A DNA stretch of 42,174 nt from Octopus bimaculoides (Eukaryota). The stretch is taken from positions 117,030,035-117,072,208 of the forward strand of contig NC_068981.1 in NCBI RefSeq assembly GCF_001194135.2, read 5' to 3'. Shown in pieces: positions 25,355-35,320 of the stretch. Within the stretch, counting starts at the first letter, position 1. Each line of letters starts with the position of its first letter. A program made the translations under genes and the position numbers. Below the pieces are notes generated by a model. It was not told the origin of the DNA and searched no databases. It saw only the letters and a program-made list of their open reading frames with translations.

Positions 25355-25614
25355 NNNNNNNNNNNNNNNNNNNNNNNNNNNNNNNNNNNNNNNNNNNNNN
25401 NNNNNNNNNNNNNNNNNNNNNNNNNNNNNNNNNNNNNNNNNNNNNNNNNNNNNNNNNNNNNNNNNNNNNNNNNNNNNNNNNNNNNNNNNNNNNNNNNNNN
25501 NNNNNNNNNNNNNNNNNNNNNNNNNNNNNNNNNNNNNNNNNNNNNNNNNNNNNNNNNNNNNNNNNNNNNNNNNNNNNNNNNNNNNNNNNNNNNNNNNNNN
25601 NNNNNNNNNNNNNN
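25355..25614. other. Assembly gap
   Basis: N run. Confidence 1.
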
Positions 25615-25619
25615 ATATA

Positions 25620-26875
25620 CAGGCTGCGTAAGATATTTGAGGACAGAGTTTTGTTTATAAAAAAACACGTATGATAATAGATAAAAACTTTATTTATCAA
25701 AAAATGCTATGAGGAATAAAATAAGCCTTCTTTTCTGTAATGTTATCAATAAACTCACCTTCAGCTTCAACAACCGCTTCTATATGAGATCTAAATCATC
25801 TCCATGCTCGAAACAAATGGTCCTGGTTCATTTTGGACATTACTCTGGCTAAGGCAGCTTTCAAAGAACCTTTGGTGTCATGGGCGTGTCCATTGACCTC
25901 TCAATAACGCTCCACATGTAACGTTCCAATGGATTCAGATCAGGGGAATTAGGAGGCCAAATGTTAGGGGTTATGTGATCATGAAAATTTTCAGCCATCC
26001 ATTCCTTTGTTACTAGAGCCATGTGTGATAGAGAAGAGACTTGCTGAAACACATATGGCCTTCCATTGCATACACACTCTATATAGGGCTTAACAATTAT
26101 TTCCAGGACCTCAATATAAGCGGCAGAGTTAACTCTAAGGCCTTGTAGAAACAAGTAAGGAGGCATCATATGTCCTTCATTGCTGACAACTCCTAAAACC
26201 ATGACAGTTGCAGGAAATTTTGTATGCATAACAGCTGGAACTTCAGAAGGGTCTGAACATAAACTTCTGTCATTTCTTCTGTTAACTTTTTGATCTTGAT
26301 CGAAATTTTTCTCGTTCCAGAAAAACCAAATCAAATCTTCTTCTGCTGGATTTTCAGTTTGTTTAAGAACCTTTTAGATCTGATGTAGTGACTTTCTTTT
26401 GCTTTTTCTGACAAATTGACCTTTCCTCAACATATAAGATTTATATCTGGTGTCTTCGTGGACAACATTTCTGACTTTTCCTTTTGATACATGGAGATCT
26501 TTTGCAACTGACCTCATGAACGTTCTGGGATTGTAATCAATGGTTTGTTGAACTTGCTGGATGAATTCAGGTGTTCTGATGATTTCATAGTGTTTAGAAT
26601 GCTTTTTATGCTTTGATGCTGGTGATACGTTTCCATCTTCAGTCTCTAGCTCCTTACAAATTTCGTAGACAAAAGATCTGGCAACTTTTAAAAATCGAGA
26701 TATTTCTAAATCACTATGTTCAGCCTTGATAACCACAATAACAACATGCCTTTTCATTTCTTGAGTAAGCTGATGGTCTGCCACTATTAATTTCTGAAAC
26801 AAATATTAAACAGTGTTAGCAAAAAATGAAACAATGACCAAAAAAAGGTATTCCTCATATACCTTACGCACCATG
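25620..26875 (-). mobile_element. Tc1/mariner superfamily, maT (DD37D-type) transposon with inactivated transposase
   Basis: Imperfect 24-bp TIRs CAGGCTGCGTAAGATATTTGAGGA / CATGGTGCGTAAGGTATATGAGGA in TA context. HTH ORF 26374-26802 and catalytic ORF 25861-26334 with WPPNSPDLNPL. There are 37 residues between the second and third catalytic positions; the triad now reads N/V/E. Confidence 0.92.
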
Positions 26876-27053
26876 CATATATATATGAGAGGTACTGGTA
26901 TCCAGAAGACCAAAGATGGAGAGTAAGGCTATGTAAATGCTACGGGTGGACCATTGTTAGACTCTCGGTTCGATAATAATACGAATGAAGAGTCTAATGC
27001 GTGTCTTGCGTGAGCATGTATATGTTAAATAAAGAGAGACAACAAAGCCAATG

Positions 27054-27840
27054 ATCTGTTGAATTTATAGGATACTTATAAAGAGAAAGGTTGTCTTACA
27101 GCTGTTTCTGGGATATTAGGGATATCCCTTCAACAGAGACGATATGGGAGAGTTAACTAGAGGGAAATAATAGAGTTCAATATAAGGAGTTATTTTGGAA
27201 AAGGATGGATATAGGAAGTATAAAAGGAAATAAGAGAATAAAAATGAAAATATATGTTGGGTGTTACAGTTGCAGTTCCATTATCGAAGAAAGGTGTTAT
27301 GTAGAATGGGTAGGACTGCTTCTTGTCCATGGTATGTAGATTCCGATAAGAGTTCGTATTTTGTTAGTTCAAGTGGATGGTGTGGAGTCATAAATTCTAT
27401 GCACTATTCATTGAAAGGGGTTTTGTAGTGTGAATGAAATTTTAAGAACGTACTGGTAGGGGTAGGTAGATAGAGAGAAGAGAATAGATATTATGTTAGG
27501 AGAATGGTATTAGTCAAAATGAATAGGGGATGAAAGAAGAAAGAAAGGAAGAAAGAAAGAGGAAGAAAAATCTAAAAACGAGTGCTAGATGGTGGCCAAG
27601 ATATTGTGAGGGGGAAGCGAGAGGAGAGCTATCAAGATGAAAGGAATAGCGGAGGGATAGAAGGAAGAGATAAGAATTAAGGAAGGAATATGTTTGAGCA
27701 GTGGAAGTTGGGGTGATATGCTTGAAATGCGCTAAGGTGGAGAGATAGGTAAAGAAAATGATAGGAAGTGTACTAAAGTGAGTAGTAAACCTCAAAATAA
27801 TAAGACATAATGGTCAAGTTTCTGAAAATAGACGTAGGTA
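27054..27840 (-). repeat. Left arm of a large inverted repeat (PLE pseudo-LTR-like sequence)
   Basis: Collinear reverse complement of 28562-29334 over ~780 bp. Carries a hammerhead motif at the outer end. Confidence 0.9.
27093..27140 (-). ncRNA. Minimal type I hammerhead motif, family B (CUGUUGA variant)
   Basis: GUCU-CUGUUGA-A-GGGAUAU(CCCUA)AUAUCCC-A-GAA-ACAGCUGU-A/AGAC. Stem I GUCU/AGAC, 7-bp stem II, palindromic stem III, GUA cleavage triplet. Confidence 0.7.
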
Positions 27841-27890
27841 ATTATTATACTAGCTAAAGTAATAGTGGGGGCTGATGAATCAGAGAGAGA

Positions 27891-28009
27891 AGGAAAGACG
27901 TCTATATAGATATACACACGCACACACACATATACATATAGATGTGTATATGCACTATTACATGGGCCCACTATATATATGTGTTTGTGTGTATGTGTGT
28001 GTGTATGTG

Positions 28010-28063
<54 letters not shown>

Positions 28064-28176
28064 AATATGCATATGTGTATAGGTACATAAGTATACGGGC
28101 CTATATAATAGAGCATATACACAGTTATATCTATATATGTGCGCGCGCGTGTGTATATCTATATACACATCTTTCT
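27891..28176. mobile_element. Small fold-back (MITE-like) element, ~80-bp inverted arms around a (TG)/(TA)n core
   Basis: 27891-27969 is the reverse complement of 28097-28176, including non-microsatellite sequence (tgtgtatatgcactattacatgggccc / gggcctatataatagagcatatacaca). Confidence 0.7.
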
Positions 28177-28313
28177 TAGCGTGTACAATAAATACCTACT
28201 ATCACTTTAGATAGTACAATAAATATATATGTCTATATTTAAGAGATGAGGAATTATGTACATTATTTACATTATTTACATTTGACGAATTTCTTCTCAT
28301 CTTGTTTGTTGTT

Positions 28314-28359
28314 AACACAACGTTTCGGCTGATATACCCTCTAGCCTTCATCAGGTGTC
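28314..28359 (-). ncRNA. Minimal type I hammerhead ribozyme, family A (best-preserved copy)
   Basis: GACAC-CUGAUGA-A-GGCU(AGAGGGUAUAUC)AGCC-GAA-AC-GU-U/GUGUU. Stem I GACAC/GUGUU, palindromic AACGUU stem III. Confidence 0.8.
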
Positions 28360-28395
28360 TTGGGGAAATTTCGAACCTGGGTTCTCATTTCTAAG

Positions 28396-28447
<52 letters not shown>

Positions 28448-28470
28448 CATTATTATTGTTATTCAGGTCA

Positions 28471-28511
28471 CTGATGAAGGCTGGAGGGTATATCAGCCGA
28501 AACGTTGTGTC
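28471..28511 (+). ncRNA. Minimal type I hammerhead, family A, lacking the 5' strand of stem I
   Basis: CUGAUGA-A-GGCUG(GAGGGUAUAU)CAGCC-GAAACGUU/GUGUC. The upstream GACAC is replaced at the inversion junction. Confidence 0.7.
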
Positions 28512-28561
28512 AAAAACATACAAGATGAAGACAAATATCCGTCAAATGTAAATAATGTAAA

Positions 28562-29334
28562 TAACTACGTCTATTTTTGAAACTTGACCATTATATCTTA
28601 TCATTCTTCCTTTCCTTTTTAAGGCTTACTACTCACTTTAGTACACCCCTACAACTTTCTTTACCTATCTCCTCAAACACATCACCTCACCTCCCACTTC
28701 TCACATATTCCTTCCTTACATTCTTATCTCTTTCTTCTATCCCTCCCCTATTCTTTTCATCTTGATAGCTCTCCTCTCGCATCCTCCTCATAATATCTTG
28801 ACCACCATCTAGCATTCCTTTTTTGCATTTTTCTTCCTCTTTTTTCTTTCCTCCCCTATTCCTTTTGACTAATACCATTCTCCTCCTAATATACATATCT
28901 ATTCTCTTCTCTCTATCTACTTACCCCTAGTAGTACGTTCTTAAAATTTCGTTCACACCACGAGACCCCTTTCAATGAATAGCATATTAGAATTTATGTC
29001 TCCACACTATCCACTTGAAATAACAAAATATGAACTCATATCGGAATTTACATACCATGGACAAGAAGCATTCCTACCCATTCTACACAGCACTTTCCTT
29101 GGAAAATGGAACTGCAACTGTAACATCCTACATATATTTTCATTCTTATTCTCTTATTTCCTTTTATACTTCCTATATCCATCCTTTTCCAAAATAACTC
29201 CTTATATTGAACTCTATTATTTCCCTCTAGTTAACTCTCCCATATCGTCTCTGTTGAAGGGATATCCCTAATATCCCAGAAGCAGCTGTAAGACAACATT
29301 TCTTTTTATAAATGTCCTATAAATTCTACACATC
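28562..29334 (+). repeat. Right arm of the large inverted repeat
   Basis: Reverse complement of 27054-27840. Confidence 0.9.
29247..29294 (+). ncRNA. Minimal type I hammerhead motif, family B (CUGUUGA; GAAGC mutation)
   Basis: GUCU-CUGUUGA-A-GGGAUAU(CCCUA)AUAUCCC-A-GAAGCAGCUGUA/AGAC. Confidence 0.6.
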
Positions 29335-29444
29335 TTTTGTTTTGTTCTCATTATATTTAACACACACCCACACATACCCACACACACCCACACACACACA
29401 TACACACACATACACACACGCACACACACACACACACACACATG

Positions 29445-30292
29445 CAAGGTGTCCCAAAAGTCACTGATTGTTTCAATTTTTAATAATTTCCTTAACTTTA
29501 CAAATAAATGCATGAAATTTTGATACAATATGAAGAACATAATGGAACTTAATATGCGCAGGTGAAATCTAGCAACACCACTACATCATATGTCGCTTAA
29601 ATGGCAGACATTTTCGTCTTCGCACGCCCGTGCTCTTTCCAAAGCTTGCACCATAACACTCTCAAGAGTTTCTGGCCCAACTTCTCTGATTTCTCTATTC
29701 ATATTCTCCTTCAGTTGCACTAGTGAGTCCGGTTTGTTAATGTAAACCCTCTCTTTCAGGTATCCCCATAATAAAAAATCCGGGTTAGGCAAGTCTGGGG
29801 ATCATGAAGGCCAGTTGACATTGCCGTAGCGGGAGATTATTCTCTCTCCAAAGCACTGCCGTAGCAACTGCATTGTGTCTCTTGCGGTATGAGCCGTTGC
29901 CTCATCTCGCTGGAACCGTTTAGAGGTCTACTTTGAATGACTTTCATGTTCCCCAGGCTTGACTATCCCGGATTCTTTCTTGGAGGAATACCTGAACGAG
30001 ACCCTGATGCACTGAAGGAGAAAATCAATAGAGATATCAGAGAAGTGGGGTCTGAAACTTTTGAAGGTGTTATGGTGCACGTTTTGGAAAGAGTACGGGC
30101 GAGCAAAGCCGAAAATGGATGCCATTTAAGCAACGTCATTTTTCATGTGATGTAGTGGCATTCCAAAATTTGACTAGTGCATATTAATTTCCATTATGTC
30201 CTTTATATTGTATCAGCATTTCATGCATTTATTTATAAAGTTGAGGAAATTATTCAAGATTAAAAGTCATTATTTACTTTTGGAACATCCTG
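29445..30292. mobile_element. Fold-back Tc1/mariner derivative made of two inverted 3' ends of a rosa (DD41D) transposon
   Basis: TIRs CAAGGTGTCCCAAAAGT / ACTTTTGGAACATCCTG followed by TA. The left arm (minus) reads FQRDEATAHTAR...WPS*SPDLPNPDFLLWGYLKERVY (41 aa between the Ds). The right arm (plus) repeats ...LKEKINRDIREVGSETFEGVM...HLSNVIFH. Confidence 0.88.
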
Positions 30293-30307
30293 TATAGATA
30301 GATAGAT

Positions 30308-30350
<43 letters not shown>

Positions 30351-30354
30351 TTCA

Positions 30355-30448
30355 AAAAAAGACAAAAAACAATAACAAAAAAACAACAAAGTGAGGACGT
30401 GATACGGATAGTGTTATTAGACGCTCGGGAAAGGAAAGAGAGAGAGTA
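30355..30448 (-). mobile_element. Truncated PLE pseudo-LTR-type repeat (inverted partner of 32190-32285)
   Basis: gtgaggacgtgatacggatagtgttattagacgctcgggaaaggaaag is the reverse complement of sequence at 32195-32250. Confidence 0.8.
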
Positions 30449-30500
30449 TATATGTATATGTATATATGTATATATATATATATAGATAGATAGATTGATT

Positions 30501-30571
<71 letters not shown>

Positions 30572-30759
30572 TCATAGACATGGCATAGGATGCCATGCAA
30601 TCGGCCCTAATGTCTCTTAATGCAACGACGCAGCTATTATATACGACATATCATCAGAGCTTTAAAGCAAGCAGTTCTCCATGAACCTCCAATTTTGACA
30701 ACACTTCATTCTTTCTAAGATAGAAAGGGAGGAAGAGAAAGATAGAAACAGACACCAAG

Positions 30760-30893
30760 ACTGGTATTTCATTTTTCTAGAAAGGTAAAACGCAAAGTTG
30801 ATCTCAACAGCATTTCAATTCGAAAAGCATAGAGCCGGAAATATTGCTGCAAATCAATCTGCTCCACGCTCTAAGGAATCAACCAATTGACCG
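30760..30893 (-). mobile_element. Highly decayed OR-type SINE
   Basis: gaaaggtaaaacgcaaagttgatctcaacagcatttcaattc loosely matches the SINE central domain. Confidence 0.5.
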
Positions 30894-30901
30894 TATATAT
30901 G

Positions 30902-30948
<47 letters not shown>

Positions 30949-31788
30949 TATATACATACATATATGTACATACTTACATACACATGTATATACATATGCA
31001 TATATGGGCACAAGACGTCATGAAACGTAAACAACATGAAATACGAAATGCGAAAACATGGAATGCGAACTTTTTTGCGAACAACGAAAGAAAGAAATGG
31101 AAAATAAGACAAGTAACATAAAGAATGACCCATCAGTAGTTGTCGGCTGTTTATCTACTCCACATTTCGAGCAATTACGACAAGATGTGTCTTCGAGAAA
31201 ACAGTTGCTCCCGCAAAGCAAAATAAAATTTGGGATTTCCGGAGGGTCAAAGTTGGTAAAAAAAACAGGACAGTGAAAACAAAGAGCAAGGGCAGCTAAG
31301 TCATAACGTGGTGAGCATGTTACGCCAGCGTTCGCCAACTCACCTCGTTATGGCTTAGCAGCCCCTTACTGTATTTGATGAGTAGTCTGTTCTGTTGATT
31401 CGATCAACTGCGACCGTCATCGACGTAACCGACGGAGTGTCATGTACATATGTGTGTATTTGTTTTTTGTGTGTGTGTGTATGCGTGCGTCTGTCTATAG
31501 GTGTGTGTGTGTGTGTTTGTGTGCATATAGGAGTGATTGTGGGCATTTATTCATGTACACATAGATAAATTTCCGAAATGTCAAAATGAAAATTTACCAT
31601 GGAGCTGGGAGGGGATGAACAGATAACAATATTTTCATTTTCAGTTTTACTTCTTCCCTTTTTTTCATCTTTCCTCCTGATTTATGATCTCCGATGTTTA
31701 GAGCAAACTGATCCGGAAAAAAAATCTTTAAATAATTACTAATTAAAAATGTTACGGAGCTCTGTTGCTCATTCTGAAACATCTTTTT

Positions 31789-31789
<1 letters not shown>

Positions 31790-31869
<80 letters not shown>
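31790..31869. repeat. (CA)n microsatellite
   Basis: Direct reading. Confidence 0.95.
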
Positions 31870-31872
<3 letters not shown>

Positions 31873-32099
31873 TGCGACAAATAACATATGTCCTTTCTTT
31901 CAGTGCAATAGCATTTGTATATAAATGCGTGGGAGGATTTTTCTACAGGTCACAAGCGACATTTGCGTTGACGACGAAAACAAAGATTTCAGTGAGGGAA
32001 TAAACATACAACGAAAAGAATACAAATTGCCTCAAACCACATATTTGCGATAATTTATAAACGTATGTTTTCTTTTCAAATATATATATGGATGTACGT

Positions 32100-32285
32100 A
32101 AATAATCCTTGGCGATTTTTTCTTTCTCCGTCTTCCCTTCTTTGGACTTTACTTTGTTTCCGACGAAGAGCTCCGGTCGAAACGTCAAATTCTCTTTCTT
32201 TCCTTTCCCGAGCGTCTAGTAAGGCAATATCTGTATCACGTCCTCGCGTTGTTGTTTTTTGTTGGGTTTTTTTGTCATTTTACTT
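32100..32285 (+). mobile_element. PLE pseudo-LTR-type repeat carrying a hammerhead motif
   Basis: Contains the hammerhead at 32156-32190 and the segment shared with 30355-30448. Confidence 0.7.
32156..32190 (+). ncRNA. Minimal type I hammerhead motif, family C (CCGACGA core variant)
   Basis: GUUU-CCGACGA-A-GAGCUCCGGUC-GAA-AC-GU-C/AAAU. Stem I GUUU/AAAU, short stem II with one mismatch, loop-less ACGU stem III, GUC triplet. Confidence 0.65.
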
Positions 32286-32304
32286 TTTTGAACTCACTAC
32301 ATAT

Positions 32305-32612
32305 ATATAGCAAATCGACCCCAGGACTTATTCTTTGGAAGACTAGTACTTATTCTATCGGTCTCTATTTGCCGAACCGCTAGATTACGAGGACGTAAAC
32401 ACACCACCATCGGTTGTCAAGCGATAATGGGGGGACAAACACAGACACACAAACACACATACACACACACACATATATATATACATATATACAAGGCTTT
32501 GGTCGGCCCGAGGCTATACTAGAAGACACTTGCCCGAGGTGCCACGCAGTGAGACTGAACCCAGAACCATGTGGTTGGTAAGCAAGCTACTTACCCCCCA
32601 CCTACTCCTGCA
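32305..32612 (-). mobile_element. OK-type tRNA-derived SINE
   Basis: caaggctttggtcggcccgaggctatactagaagacacttgcccgaggtgccacgcagtgagactgaacccagaaccatgtggttggtaagcaagctacttac plus 3' part tcgaccccaggacttattctt. Confidence 0.92.
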
Positions 32613-33399
32613 TATATATATATATATATTCATACAGATGCATATTGATATTTATAGTGTTATTTAGTACAAGCAACAGAGTTACTCAAGGTCGAAGATG
32701 TTTTGTGCATTAGCACTTATCAAACTGTATGTACATGCATATATACAAATGTATATATATATATATATATTATTACTTTTATTAGTAGTATTATTATTAT
32801 ATGATTGAACGTCACTCATCGTCTTCTAAGTAAGTTTTATTTTAATAATTCTGATGCGCACTCTATACGATCTTTTTCTCCTCCGTTTTCCTCTCTTTTT
32901 CTCTCTCTCATTATTTTACCTCCTCTTTTCCCACTATTTTATCCTGTTACTCTGTCACTCTCTTTCCCTCACTAAGCAAATCCTGGAAGCGATTTACTCT
33001 TGTAATTTACGCACCACTAAAGTTTATTTTTATTTTTGCCGCACACGTATTAATACAACGTAACCACTGGCAAGCGGTCACTCTAATAACATTGCTTGTC
33101 TAATAAATTGAGTGAGAAATCACCAGTGGGCAAAGGAGAAAAATAAAAAAATCAATGGGTTATTTCCCCTTGGCTGTTAAAGGAAAATAGATGGGTTATA
33201 TCTGGACCCCCTATAGGGGCCCTAGCCGTCCAATTATAGAATTTTATTAAACTGCAATGAGCCTAGTAACAAACTGGATGTTGGTTTAACTTGTATAAAA
33301 TGTTTCACGAAGATTCGTTAACGGGTGTAGACGGCTCCTTGACACAAACAGACTTCCAAACAGACTCCGTTTATATATATATATATAGATATGTGTGTG

Positions 33400-33434
<35 letters not shown>

Positions 33435-34439
33435 GTTTGTGTGTGTGTATGTGTGTGTGCGTGCGCGCGCGCGTGTAAGTTCACTGCGGTAATATTTTTG
33501 ACCATATAGCACATGGTGTCAGGCGGACAAATGGATTAATCTGGTATATACGTGAATATATATGTATGTATACGAGCGTATATGTAAGTGTTCGCATGTC
33601 GTACACACACACACATACACACACACACACACATATATATATATGTATATATATGTGTGTATGTTTGTGTAATTATGTACTAATTTTGGTATATTTCTAC
33701 TGATAAAGTGAAAGTATTTTATTACTAAGCCAGATATCGTCGATCTGGGATTAACCATTAATTTTTTGCTAACTTCTTTATACATTTATCTTATCATCTA
33801 TGTTATATAAATACATGAGGTGGTTTTAGAGTCAGTTTTGACTGCTATATCTAGCATGGTGTAACCTCTCCAGCTCCCTCAATTATAATTATATTTATAT
33901 GATTATATATCTATAGTATATATTAATTTATATATGGTTCACCCTTTCCCAATTCTTCTCTCCCTTTCACCGTTCCCTCTCCCTCTCTCTTACTCCTCTT
34001 CCTTGACTCTCTCGTCACTGACACGTGACGAAAGGGGATCTTTCTTTCTGTCCTAAAGAAAAGACGTGCCTTATATATATATATATACTAAATCATAGTC
34101 GACAACGTCAACTGAATCGCTACATTAGACTGCCAGGTCAGCAAAAATTACAGTAGTGTCAGTGCCAAACAGGACCTAGGCATAAGCGAAATTTAAGTTA
34201 ATTAAAATATGCTTGTGACATATATCTACTTTAAAAAAAAAATCACTACAGTTACAGTGGCAAAAAAAATTCTCTCTTAAGATAAAATGATATAAAAATA
34301 CCATATATGTCCAGTGCTGCCCTACGTCGGATTCTTTGATACATTTCTAGCTCTTTGGCCGTTATCAATGGGAAATACTGAAAAGAAACAACTCTTGAGA
34401 GAAGTACTATATATATTCTTTTATTCTTTTACTTGTTTC

Positions 34440-35167
34440 AGTAATTTTGACTACGGCAATGCTGGAGCACCGCTTTTAGTTGTACAAATCGACCTCAAGA
34501 CTTATTTTTTATAAACCTAGTACCTATTCTATTGAACGTTTTTGCCGAACCGTTAAGTTACGGAGATGTAAATACACCAACATCGGTTGTCAAGCAATGG
34601 ATGGGAAAAACGAATACAGACTCATAAATAAATATATATACACACACACATATATTTATATATATCTATCTATCTATCTATATATATATATATATATNNN
34701 NNNNNNNNNNNNNNNNNNNNNNNNNNNNNNNNNNNNNNNNNNNNNNNNNNNNNNNNNNNNNNNNNNNNNNNNNNNNNNNNNNNNNNNNNNNNNNNNNNNN
34801 NNNNNNNNNNNNNNNNNNNNNNNNNNNNNNNNNNNNNNNNNNNNNNNNNNNNNNNNNNNNNNNNNNNNNNNNNNNNNNNNNNNNNNNNNNNNNNNNNNNN
34901 NNNNNNNNNNNNNNNNNNNNNNNNNNNNNNNNNNNNNNNNNNNNNNNNNNNNNNNNNNNNNNNNNNNNNNTCAGTCAACGGTCAATCATAATAATGGCCG
35001 ATCATAATACGACAGGTCTCTTTCAGTTTCCGTCAACCAATTCCACTCCCAAGGCCTTGGTCGGCCCGTGGCTATAATAGAAGACACTTGCCCATGGTGC
35101 CACGCAGTGGGACTAAACCTGGAACCATGTGGTTGGGAAGCAAGCTTCTTACCACACAGCCACTCCT
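34440..35167 (-). mobile_element. OK-type SINE spanning an assembly gap (5' part 35010-35167, 3' part 34440-34640)
   Basis: Same motifs as 32305-32612 on both sides of the N run at 34698-34970. Confidence 0.85.
34698..34970. other. Assembly gap
   Basis: N run. Confidence 1.
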
Positions 35168-35169
35168 AT

Positions 35170-35320
35170 ATATATGTACATACGTATGTATGTATGTATA
35201 TACGTATGTATGTATGTATGTATGTATGTATGTATGTATGTATGCATGTATGTATGTATGTATGTATGTATGTATGTATGCATGCATGCATGCATGTATG
35301 TATGTATGTACATGTATATC
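35170..35320. repeat. (TATG)n/(CATG) microsatellite
   Basis: Direct reading. Confidence 0.95.

Larger units (their letters stand above)
28263..28564. repeat. Inner palindrome: PLE pseudo-LTR ends in inverted orientation around a (TAT)n tract
   Basis: 28263-28354 is the reverse complement of 28471-28564. Confidence 0.9.

Noticed and set aside
27871-27906. CTGATGA...GAAAGACGTCTA, a hammerhead-like core with palindromic stem III
   Set aside because: No stem II or stem I pairing. The 3' part is the arm of the small fold-back element.
28975-29271. 98-aa ORF in the right palindrome arm
   Set aside because: The frame is not conserved in the left arm (indel and stops).
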